Assembly (NCBI GenBank): GCA_016208975.1
Contig: JACQXA010000001.1
Span: forward strand, 1,834 to 65,833
DNA length: 64,000 nucleotides
Origin: Nitrospinota bacterium
Lineage (GTDB): Bacteria > Nitrospinota_A > UBA7883 > JACRLM01
Reading direction: 5' to 3'
The position numbers and the translations under genes are program-made. Shown here piece by piece: positions 24,784 to 34,300 of this stretch. Within the stretch, counting starts at the first letter, position 1. Every line of letters begins with the position of its first letter. The notes beneath the pieces were generated by a model. It saw nothing but the letters and a program-made list of their open reading frames with translations, did no database searches and had not been told where the DNA came from.

Positions 24784-26244
24784 TTGATGAAGCGCCCGGA
24801 GCGTTTCTCTTGGAGGTGGCCTGTGGAGAGTCATGCAAAACTTCCCAGGACTATTGGCGAACTCAAGGAGAACGGCTACCAAATCCTCCCCGTTAAAGAA
24901 GAATTGGAGAGGAACCTCATCCGCGCCATGGAGGCGGGGGAGGAGCTTTTCCCGGGGGTTCAGGGTTATGAAAACACCGTCCTGCCCCAAATCGTAAACG
25001 CCATCCTGTCCCATCACGATATCATCCTGCTGGGGGAAAAGGGGCAGGCCAAAACCCGCATCATGCGTTCTCTCACCCGGTTTCTGGATGAGCGCATCCC
25101 CGCCATTTCCGGTTGCGAGATAAACGATAACCCCTATAATCCCATCTGCCGCGCCTGCAAACATAAGGTGGCCGAGCATGGCGATATTGTGGAGCTAAAC
25201 TGGATACACCGGGACATGCGCTATGGCGAACGGTTGAGCCCAGGCACGAAAATAGCCGACCTTATTGGCGACCTGGATCCTTCCAAGGTGGCCGAAGGGG
25301 CGGCCCTTTCTTCCGAAGCGGCCCTGCATTTCGGGCTGATACCCCGGATGAACCGGGGTATATTCGCCATCAATGAACTGCCGGACCTGGAATATCTTAT
25401 CCAGGTGTCGCTTTTTAACATATTGGAGGAACGGGACATCCAGATACGAGGCTATCCCATCCGGTTTCCGCTGGACGTGCTGTTGGTTTTCAGCGCCAAC
25501 CCGGAGGACTATTCCCGTCCCGGTAAAATAATCAGCCAGTTGAAGGACCGGATAGGCTCCGAGATCCGCACCCATTACCCCTTGAGCCGCGAAACAGGTG
25601 TGGCCATTATGGAGCAGGAGTCCAAGATGGACGTGGGGGAAGGGTACGAACTGGCATGTCCGGGCTTTGTTAAAGAAATAGTGGAGCAGATAACCATCGA
25701 GGCGCGAAACTCGCCTTATGTGAACCACCGGTCCGGCGTGTCGGCCCGGCTTTCCATAGCCAATTACGAGATTGTGGTGGCCAACGCCCGGCGGCGGGCC
25801 ATTACACTGGGCGAAAAGATAATCACGCCAAGAATCTCGGACCTTGGTTATCTATATACATCATCTTCCGGCAAGATAGAGCTGGACCCGTTTCGGGAAG
25901 ACTCACTATCCCAAGAGGATGCGCTGGGCCGGATAATCGAATCGGCCATATTAAAAGTGTTCAACGAAAAGTTCGACAAGGAATCGCTGGCGGGGATGAC
26001 CCCTGATTTCGGCGCCAAAAATGGAGCCGTGGAAGTGGGGGACATGACACCCTCCGCCCATTACCGGGAGGTTATATCCAAATTCCCCCAGCTATGGGAG
26101 CCCGCCCATACACTGGGAGCTGATCAGAATGACCCCATGCGCGCCTCTTGCGTGGAATTCATTCTGGAAGGGCTTACCCTCAACGGAAAAATCTCCCGAA
26201 AGAAGATTGGGGAGATGACCACCTATCGCAACCAGCCCCAGTAA
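24784..26244 (+). CDS. ChlI/BchI-like AAA+ ATPase (Mg-chelatase I-subunit family), no vWA partner adjacent
   Basis: Walker A GEKGQAKT, Walker B/sensor region NRGIFAINELPDL, and SANPED…PGK…LKDRIG arginine-finger region. Together these resemble ChlI. 486 aa; TTG at 24784 or ATG at 24787. Confidence 0.65.
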   Translation: MMKRPERFSWRWPVESHAKLPRTIGELKENGYQILPVKEELERNLIRAMEAGEELFPGVQGYENTVLPQIVNAILSHHDIILLGEKGQAKTRIMRSLTRFLDERIPAISGCEINDNPYNPICRACKHKVAEHGDIVELNWIHRDMRYGERLSPGTKIADLIGDLDPSKVAEGAALSSEAALHFGLIPRMNRGIFAINELPDLEYLIQVSLFNILEERDIQIRGYPIRFPLDVLLVFSANPEDYSRPGKIISQLKDRIGSEIRTHYPLSRETGVAIMEQESKMDVGEGYELACPGFVKEIVEQITIEARNSPYVNHRSGVSARLSIANYEIVVANARRRAITLGEKIITPRISDLGYLYTSSSGKIELDPFREDSLSQEDALGRIIESAILKVFNEKFDKESLAGMTPDFGAKNGAVEVGDMTPSAHYREVISKFPQLWEPAHTLGADQNDPMRASCVEFILEGLTLNGKISRKKIGEMTTYRNQPQ

Positions 26245-26364
26245 CCGCCAAAACTCCAGGAATCCGCTTCGGGCCGTTACGGTTTTGTGGATATTTATCT
26301 ATTACTAATAGCGCCGTAACATATTGAAAATATAGTAATAGAGCTTCCGGCTACATAAAATTTA

Positions 26365-26515
26365 GGTAGTGTCTAAGTTTGAAAGTACAGGGGAGATTCT
26401 TCACTTACGCTCAGAATGACAATATAAAAGCCGTTGATAACATTGTCATCCTGAGCGAAGCGCAAGCGAAGTGAAGGATCTTTCTATTATTTGAGATTCA
26501 AACTGAGACACCACC
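26365..26515 (-). repeat. ~140-150 bp palindromic MITE/REP-like element, copy B (inverted relative to copy A)
   Basis: Reverse complement aligns base-for-base with 22127-22279. The internal stem mismatch pattern is swapped, as expected for inversion. Confidence 0.75.
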
Positions 26516-26703
26516 AAAATTTAACATTGATCCACCTTTCCCCTAAAGATTTTGCCTTAACACTCCGTAAAGTTAGTAAGCCGGCCCGGTAACAGGCTGG
26601 TGAAGACGCAAGAGGTTTAAGCTCAAAGGATATGAGCTGGCCGATCCCATCCAGGATGGATAAAGGGACGCCTGCGCAACACGGAGGTTGAAATAAAGTA
26701 GCC

Positions 26704-27759
26704 ATGAGTTTGGGACTGCCAAACACAAAGTTCAGCGCCAATCAGCCAATACAGAGGCTGGGGCTGAGTTCACGACAGCACAAGGTCGCCCCTTCCATAG
26801 CGGAACAGGCCATTTTCATACCCAAACCCCACGACCGGGTGGAGTTCAAACTGTCCACCGGTGGCGGAGATATTAAGCCCATGCCGGCCCTGGGGGAAAA
26901 GAAGCCCGCCGAATCCATACCCTTGCCCGGTTCCGGAAATAGTAAGGACGGCCCAAAGGGGACAAACATAGCCAGGGGTGAACTGGGCGCCAACGGCCTT
27001 ACCGCCAGGTTCGACACCAGCGCCTGGAAGGGAGCCCCCGGCGGTTATGTGGAAGTCCAGGTGAACATGACACCTGAGAAACAAACAAGTATAAGCAACG
27101 ACCCCATTCCCACCCAGGAGGAGGGGCGTCAGGTTAACCATAAAGAGATCAATTTCACCCAGCAGTATGACGCATACGGCAGGCCGAGGATAGGTTTCTC
27201 CAGGGAACCCTACGATTTTGCGGCCACCAAGTTCGTTTCGGTAACAAGCCAGGTGGCATTTCAGGCCAACATGGCCGAAATGCACCAGGAGTTCAACAAG
27301 TATCTGCTGACAAATAAACAGCCCGAAACCGCCAGCGCTCCCGAACCTTCGTTGATGGGAGAAGAGAACGCGCAGGTGTCCTCTGAACCATCAGTTATGG
27401 GTCAGGAGAATGCCCAGGTATCTTCCGAACCGGCGTTGATGGGAGAAGAGAATGCCCAGGTATCTTCCGAGCCAACCGTAATGGGCCAGGAAGACACGAA
27501 GAAAGGAAGCGGGGAAATTCCTATATTCGGATCCACTTCCGATAACGTCTTCAAGACGCAGGATGGAAAAGATAGCGAAGGCGGCGCCGAGGACAAGGGT
27601 GTTTCCGCCGAGGAGTCTTTCGAGAAACAGAAAGTCTCGGTGCAGGACACCTTCATGAACGACGCGGCCGCCGGAATGAAAACCAGCAAAGCTGGCTCGG
27701 CTTATTCGGCTTCCTTAAGCCCGGCGACGGAATCCGGAGCGTTTGCGGCCAAAGTATGA
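26704..27759 (+). CDS. hypothetical low-complexity protein with 14-aa tandem repeats
   Basis: 351 aa, no signal peptide or TM, Gly/Ser/Glu/Lys/Pro-rich. 3.6 copies of EP[SAT][LV]MG[EQ]ENAQVSS. Sits in a visibly more AT-rich stretch (26245-27795). Confidence 0.45.
   Translation: MSLGLPNTKFSANQPIQRLGLSSRQHKVAPSIAEQAIFIPKPHDRVEFKLSTGGGDIKPMPALGEKKPAESIPLPGSGNSKDGPKGTNIARGELGANGLTARFDTSAWKGAPGGYVEVQVNMTPEKQTSISNDPIPTQEEGRQVNHKEINFTQQYDAYGRPRIGFSREPYDFAATKFVSVTSQVAFQANMAEMHQEFNKYLLTNKQPETASAPEPSLMGEENAQVSSEPSVMGQENAQVSSEPALMGEENAQVSSEPTVMGQEDTKKGSGEIPIFGSTSDNVFKTQDGKDSEGGAEDKGVSAEESFEKQKVSVQDTFMNDAAAGMKTSKAGSAYSASLSPATESGAFAAKV
27343..27495 (+). repeat. in-frame 42-bp tandem repeat x~3.6
   Basis: gaaccttcgttgatgggagaagagaacgcgcaggtgtcctct / gaaccatcagttatgggtcaggagaatgcccaggtatcttcc / gaaccggcgttgatgggagaagagaatgcccaggtatcttcc / partial fourth unit. 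Confidence 0.85.
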
Positions 27760-27797
27760 GTTAAGAAAACCCGTTGGTCCCCTGCGGCAGACCCTGT

Positions 27798-30700
27798 TCA
27801 ATCGCCGGAAGCATGAACATCCTCCCTGCCGCCGGGGAAACAGCGGGTTTTAAACCTGCAACCCGACGCCGAACAGGTTTTCACATCAATCACAGGCCAG
27901 TCTTTTTCGGGTGAGCCTTCCATCGCCGCCACCAACTCCGCAAGCCTTAAAACCGAATTTTTGATATTTCCATATCTCGCTGAATTTACGTTCAAGCTCT
28001 CCGTTTCAAGCTTCTTCCCACCCAGGTATAGGATGGCGCAATCCAGTTCCTTTAAACCATAAGCGGCCATCAACGCCGCCGAATACATCTCCATCTGGAA
28101 GGTATGGATGGAATTATCCCCCCGCTTGCGGGCGAATTTATAGTCCACCAGGCAGGGGCCGGTTTCGTCCACGAAGAAAAGGTCCGCCGTGCCACGGGAT
28201 ATGATGTCAGCCCCATCGTTGGAGAATCTTATAGCCAATGGGGCTTCTCTGGTTATCCAGACATCACGGCGCTTCCGGAGCCTTGATAACGGCTTCGATG
28301 AAAAGGCTTCAACAGTGATACCCGACACGGTTTGCCTGAAACTTGCAGGCATGTCGCCGAAACGCCCGTTTACAGCCGACTCTACGGTGTTTTCGAAATC
28401 CGTGTCTGCGGGATCCAGCTTTTCGAGCAGATTGTGAAACCTTGTTCCAAGTTCCACCGGGTCCGGCCCGGCGGGTTTTTCCGGCTCTTCCCAGAACGCC
28501 GCATCAACTTCCCTGGAGGCGCCGGGAAGCTCCATGGCGTACTGGTAATAATAAAGCCTGGGGCAGTAATTGAGCGTTGCCAGTTCGGTTACTGTAAGGT
28601 TGATGAATGGCTTTATTCGCCGCGCCTGTTTTGGCGTCTGCGGAGCGGATGGAGGATCGGGCCGCCAGCCGTTAATGATGTCACTGGCCAACCCGGGCAT
28701 GGCCTCATATGTGGCTGTACTCTCAAAGCCAGCGGACTCCACACTTTTGAAAGCTGTATTTTCGGCATCTTTCATTTTTTGCAACTCCGCCATTCCAATC
28801 CATCCGCCTGTTTTTTTCGAGCCAGTACCGCCGGTTATTATCAGGTGATCCCTTGCCCTGGTGGTGGCAACGTAAAAGAGGCGTTTGCTCTCTTCATCTT
28901 CGGCGGTTTTGGCCTGCGCGTCCATTTCGCGGTAAACCGGCCCCTTCACCCAGTCCATTTCCTCTTCAAGGTAATAGCGCATGAAAATGCCGCTTCGGGG
29001 ATGGATGTTCACCCTGCCGCCGTTTTTTGAGTTAGTGAAATTTAAATCCGCCAGCGCCACCACGGGAAATTCCAGCCCCTTGCTCTGGTGGATGGTCATT
29101 ATGGCCAGCCGGTTGTTGTCTTTGGAAATTGCTCCGGCGGCGGGCTCTTTTTCGCCACCCCGGTCCGCCAGTTTTTTAAGCGACCGGATGAAATCCGGCA
29201 TGCCAGCGCCGTTCCGTTCCGCCATCCGCGCCTGCTCTATAAGCTTGGAGAGGTTGCCAACCCTCTGTTCCCCCTGGTACCGGCTCATCATAACCGCCCC
29301 GTAACCGGTATCCCCAAGCAAAGTCTCTATCATTTCGGAGATGGTGAGCCGACTCTTGGCCTTCATCCATTTGGCGGCCCGTTCCCGGAAGCGGATGAAT
29401 TTCCGGGTGTCTTCCTCATCACCCAGTTGTGGAGCCGGGGCAGTGGGGCTTAACACCGTCTCCAGCGGACGCGCCATAGCCGTTTCGTCCCTGCGCAACC
29501 GGAAAAGCCCCGCCTCGCTCATTCCCACCAATGGCGACCGTAGAACGTTCATCAAAGAAAGTGAGTCCGCCGTATTATCAAGAAACGAAAGCAGACTAAT
29601 CATGTCGATGATTTCCTGGGCGGCGTAAAACCCCTTACCCCGCACCACGGAATAGGGCACGCCAGCCAGCCTGAAAGCGTTTTCGTAAGCCTCCAGGTAA
29701 GAAAAACGGCGAAGTAGAAGAGCAATGTCCCCATAATGCGCGTTGCGGATTTTTCCCGAGTCCTCCACGGTCATCGTTCCGCCGCCGATCTCTTCTTTGA
29801 AGAACGTGGCCAGAGCTTGGGCCTCTTGCGCCCGCGCCTGCCCGGCGTTGGAACTGTCGGGCAGGTTGAGCCATGTGACGCCAGCCCGCTCCGGATTCAC
29901 GCTTCTGTGGGGGGTCAAGGAGTCCTTTTCCTTGTTGAACGGTATTTTGCCCTCGCCACCTGTCATTATGGCGCTGAAGAGGTTGTTGGTAAAATTGATT
30001 AGCGCGGGGGCGCTTCGCCTGCTTTCCACAAGGTGGAATCGCGTTCCACCTTTATTCTCTATCTCGTCCGCCGTCTCCTTGAAGACCATCACGTCGGCTC
30101 CCCGGAAACCGTATATGGATTGCTTGATGTCTCCAACGATGAAAAGTTTTCCACTGCCCGGCGGGGCGATGGAGTAAATAATTTCCTTCTGAAGCGCGTT
30201 GATGTCCTGAAACTCGTCCACCATAACCCGGTGGAACTGGGCGGCGTATTGGGCGCGTATGGCCGAGCCGGGGGATAAAAGTTTTAACGCCCGCTCTTCG
30301 AGGTCTTCATAATCCAGGGCGGACACCTGGGCCTTCATGTCGCCGTATTCCCGCAAGACCTGCGACAGCAACGATGCCACCCGTTCAACATCCCTCGTTA
30401 TTTCATTTTCCACCACCGGCGACGCTATTGAGCGGAGCAGGCTGACAGCCCGTTTACCCCCGGCGTGGTCCGTGTCCGATTTATCCTTCCTTCCATTGAT
30501 GGCTTTCTCCAGATCATCCGCCCAATCGAGGGCCTTAACCGCGATGATGAACGAAGGCCCCGATCCACTTAACAGGTCGTTGCCAACAGCCTCTATCTCC
30601 AAGGCTGTCTTGAACTCTTTTGAACCCTTTTTGTAACCGAGCAGAACGGGCAATAACTCCGCCATCTCTTTGATGGAAGCTGTCGCGGCGGCGCCGTCTT

Positions 30701-31385
30701 TCTCGGCCAGCTCCCTGTATCGCCTTACCAATTCTTCTGGAGATTTGTTCGCCACACGCATCAATGGAATCAGGCTTACCACCATTTCCCTCAGCCCTTT
30801 TTCAAACTGGCCTTTCCTGGAATACCCAAAACACAGTGCCAGCCGTTCTACATCCTTGTCTCCCGCCCTAAGACTTCCAAAAATGACTTTTTGGGTGGCG
30901 GCGCCAAGCATGGCGCCGGCCTGGTTCTCGTCTATCACCTTGAAGTTGGGATCCACTCCGGCCGGGGCCGGATTTTCCTTAAGCAAACGGGCGCAGAACG
31001 AATGGATGGTGGATATGTAGGCGCTCTGGAGCGATTGGCGTTGCAAAATGAGATGGGCCGCAAGTCTGGCCTCGTGTTTCCTGTCCGGATCGTTTTGGGC
31101 CAGGTTGGCGGCGGAACCTTCCAGCCCGGCGGTTTTGCGAAGCTCCTCAATTCTTACGGTCAGCTTGTCGCGGACGCGCCCTTTCATTTCCGCCGCGGCT
31201 TTCTCGGTGAATGTGATAGCGGCCAGCTGATCCAGCCGGGTGAAACCCTTTTTATCCGCCTTCTCCAGTTCGCCTAGATATTTTATGACCAGCGCGTGGG
31301 TCTTTCCCGTTCCGGCTCCGGCCATAACGGCCATGTCCGTCTCGCAGGCTTTTATTGCGTCGAAAATGTTTTGGCCGCTGGTCAT
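27798..31385 (-). CDS. addA: ATP-dependent helicase/nuclease subunit A (UvrD-like helicase + C-terminal PD-(D/E)XK nuclease)
   Basis: Start at MTSGQNIF, whose ATG overlaps the addB TGA (ATGA). Walker A AGAGTGKTHALV, UvrD motifs, C-terminal RecB-type nuclease (DLFFVDETGPCLVDYKF) with CPRLYYYQ and C-x4-C-x5-C cysteines. Confidence 0.85.
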   Translation of the reverse strand: MTSGQNIFDAIKACETDMAVMAGAGTGKTHALVIKYLGELEKADKKGFTRLDQLAAITFTEKAAAEMKGRVRDKLTVRIEELRKTAGLEGSAANLAQNDPDRKHEARLAAHLILQRQSLQSAYISTIHSFCARLLKENPAPAGVDPNFKVIDENQAGAMLGAATQKVIFGSLRAGDKDVERLALCFGYSRKGQFEKGLREMVVSLIPLMRVANKSPEELVRRYRELAEKDGAAATASIKEMAELLPVLLGYKKGSKEFKTALEIEAVGNDLLSGSGPSFIIAVKALDWADDLEKAINGRKDKSDTDHAGGKRAVSLLRSIASPVVENEITRDVERVASLLSQVLREYGDMKAQVSALDYEDLEERALKLLSPGSAIRAQYAAQFHRVMVDEFQDINALQKEIIYSIAPPGSGKLFIVGDIKQSIYGFRGADVMVFKETADEIENKGGTRFHLVESRRSAPALINFTNNLFSAIMTGGEGKIPFNKEKDSLTPHRSVNPERAGVTWLNLPDSSNAGQARAQEAQALATFFKEEIGGGTMTVEDSGKIRNAHYGDIALLLRRFSYLEAYENAFRLAGVPYSVVRGKGFYAAQEIIDMISLLSFLDNTADSLSLMNVLRSPLVGMSEAGLFRLRRDETAMARPLETVLSPTAPAPQLGDEEDTRKFIRFRERAAKWMKAKSRLTISEMIETLLGDTGYGAVMMSRYQGEQRVGNLSKLIEQARMAERNGAGMPDFIRSLKKLADRGGEKEPAAGAISKDNNRLAIMTIHQSKGLEFPVVALADLNFTNSKNGGRVNIHPRSGIFMRYYLEEEMDWVKGPVYREMDAQAKTAEDEESKRLFYVATTRARDHLIITGGTGSKKTGGWIGMAELQKMKDAENTAFKSVESAGFESTATYEAMPGLASDIINGWRPDPPSAPQTPKQARRIKPFINLTVTELATLNYCPRLYYYQYAMELPGASREVDAAFWEEPEKPAGPDPVELGTRFHNLLEKLDPADTDFENTVESAVNGRFGDMPASFRQTVSGITVEAFSSKPLSRLRKRRDVWITREAPLAIRFSNDGADIISRGTADLFFVDETGPCLVDYKFARKRGDNSIHTFQMEMYSAALMAAYGLKELDCAILYLGGKKLETESLNVNSARYGNIKNSVLRLAELVAAMEGSPEKDWPVIDVKTCSASGCRFKTRCFPGGREDVHASGD

Positions 31386-34300
31386 TCCTCTTCCTGCTCC
31401 TCGACAAACGCTTTTGTGAAACGGCACAGGCCGGGGAATTCGCAAAATTCACAATCCCTGGGGCTGACAGGGAAAACGCCGGATTCGATTTTTTCCACAA
31501 CGCCGGACAATATGGATATGAAAGTTTTCGGGGACTCTTGAGGATTAACGGCACCCGGCTCGTTTAAAAAAACGCCGTCATCCGCCGTGTCCGCCATCAC
31601 AAAAGAGTCCTTGAGCGCTTTGGCTTTAAGAAGCCTGTATCCGCCTTGCGCTTTGGGCGCTCCAGTCAGGTGTCCCCGTCCCAGCGTGAACCGTTTTGCC
31701 AGCATCATATAAACAGGCTGTTGGAACGATGTCGCTCCCATCTCTTCCCGTTTTACCAGCTTCCTGTATTTTGTTTTGTTGGAGCTGTTCTTATAATCAA
31801 TGACCCTCAACTCATTCTTTTGCCGGTTGATGTCTATCCGGTCTATGATTCCGCATAACAGCCTCTCGCCCAGTTTGGATATTTGGAACGCCAAAGGTGG
31901 ATATAGCTTTTTCCGCTTGTCCCTGCTCTTTATATCAAACGGCGCTTCCACCGCCACGGGATAAAATCCACTGGCCTTCTGCTCCTCCGCCTCTATGCGG
32001 AATATATGTCGAAGTAAGTGGATGGTCCTTCTAATTTCTATACGCCACACCGCGGGGTCGCCGGTGTTGTCCTCCTCCTCAAACCGGCGGAAAACTTCTT
32101 CCGCCGATTCCAACAGGTTGTTCAGTTCATCTTCAGAGCCTGTCAGGGGTGTTGGCCCAAATGCTATGCGTTTTGAATAGAAATTTTCAAGAATGAGGTG
32201 CATAAGGTTCCCGGCGCTTTTCGCGTCCAGCTCCTCGGCTGGCTCCTCCACCGGTTCCAGCCCCAGCGCCCGTGAGGCGAAGAACCTGAAAGGGCACTGG
32301 CCGTATTTTTCCAAGTCCGTTGGTGTGTATCTTCTTTCCCTGCCGCGCTCCATAAATTGGGCGAAAATATCTTCGCAACCAACCAGAAGCCCATTGAACG
32401 GGGTTATCTGCTCCACGCCCTTCGATTGCCCGGAGCTTGCGAAATAACGGTCCCGCTCCCACTCGATGGAGGAAATCCCCAGCAACGTTACCAGCTTGCT
32501 CCACCGGTTATCGTCCATGGCGAAGCTTGAAAGTATGCCTGCAAGCTTTTCATGATCAGCATCAGGATTAAACAGGCGATGGATAAGCCGGGCTGTGGTC
32601 TCTTCCTCGTCAGGAGGGGTTTCATCATACGCATCATCCATCGCCCTGGCGGCGGCGTGGAAAATATGTTTCTCCCGATCCTCCGGAGATAACGCGGGGT
32701 ATAGGGCCTCCAGCGAGTCTTCAATGAATTGTGATTTTAGCAACGGCTCGCCATTTAGCTCGAATTCGCTGAATGAAAGGCACAGCCGTTTTCCGGCGCA
32801 ACGGGCCGTCTGGAAAAACAGGAGCGACTGTTCCTGCCACTTTTCCGCCCACCGGTCGAACACCCGTCGGCCTTTCACAATGGCAGGGTCATGTTTTTTG
32901 ATAACCTCGGCGTGAATGGCGTTGAACCGCATCCGTTCATCTTCGTTGAGTAGCGAGGACACTTGCGGAAATGCAGGGAACTCCCCTTCCGTAAGACCAA
33001 GCGCGAACACCACCTGGTAGCGGCTTCCCACAATATCGTGCGGGTTCAGCGTAGCCACCCGGTTCTGGTTTGCCGCGCCCGGTTCGGGAACATAACGGCT
33101 TTCCACCTGCTCCGTGAAAAGGTTCCGCAGGGCCAAAAACCCCAGCGGCGCGTTTTGCGCGTTCAGCGATTCCACCGCCAGCCTGGCTTCCCGCAATATT
33201 TCCAGCAACTGGGCGTGGGCGTTGTAGTCCCGGAACCGGACCCGCTCGGCCATTGGCATGCCATCTGGAGGCTCCGGGTTTATCTTGAGGAAATGCAGTA
33301 TCTCCGCCAGCGTGTCCAGAAACGGGGCCGCGCGGCTCTGGCTTTGTAAATCGTCCAGCCTGTGGAGCAGGGATTCGATGGCGTATCGGGCCCTCTCCGC
33401 CGGTTCCCGCTCTGCTTCTTTAAACTTGGCGATTCCCTTTTTCAGCTTGGATATCCAATGCCGGGTGGAGCCATCAATGATTTTTGATGAAAGCGCCAGA
33501 CTTTTGGCCACGGAAGGCTCTATGTCCGAGAATGTCTGGAAATAGGGGGATAGGACAATATCCAGAACTGCGTCACGTTCATAACCGCTTTCGATGGACT
33601 TGAAAATGGACATCACGGATATTACCAGCGGGTTGGTGGCCAACCTTATACCCCGCCTGAAATGAAACGGTATGGCGTATCTGCCGAAAACATCTTCTAT
33701 AAGCGGCGCGTAAGCGTTCACATCCCGGGTGACAAGGCAGTAATCGCTATAGTCATGCCCATCCTCGGCCATTAACTTTAGAATGGCCAGCCCTGCCTCC
33801 TCCACCTCGCGGTAGCGGCCGGGGCATTTGATTATGGTTACGGGGCAGTTAGCGGTTTCCGTGTTTTGTTCCGGCGATGGCGGGGCCAGATCGAAAAGTT
33901 TTTTGGAAAACGAGGCCAGCGGCCCCTCGCATGGCTCTTCCCACTCGATTTCCAGAAGACCCTCGGCGTCTCCCAGGTTTTCGTACTTCTCCATGTTGGT
34001 GACGATGTATCCGAAAGCTTTCCTACGGTCATCGGGCGTGGGGGCCACAATTTTCACCGGAATGGTTTTGGCGATCCGGCGGAACAGCTCGAACCGGTAT
34101 GGAGTGAACTGGTAAATATCCCTCAATGTGATGGAGCCGTAGCGCGAAAGGGTGGGCCGTCCATACGCCTCGCCGTTGGCTACCGCTTCCACCAAGGCTT
34201 TGCGGGCCATGCCGGTGTCCGCGAACCCCAGCTTGCCAAGTTCAGCGCGATATAGTTGATAAATCCCCGCCAACTCATCTTCCTTGCCGTCCGCATAACC

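Noticed and set aside
22127-26515. Composite transposon / integron-like cassette bounded by the inverted 140-bp repeats
   Set aside because: The enclosed genes show no transposase, integrase or recombinase, and they include a housekeeping-type polyprenyl synthase. The repeat is also found as degenerate fragments outside the bracket, so dispersed MITE/REP elements are the more economical explanation. I kept it as a finding about the repeats only.
27343-27495. Possible CRISPR array (regular ~42-bp repeats)
   Set aside because: Repeats are contiguous with no spacers and in-frame within an ORF. They vary mainly at codon third positions, so this is a protein-coding tandem repeat, not CRISPR. No cas genes present.
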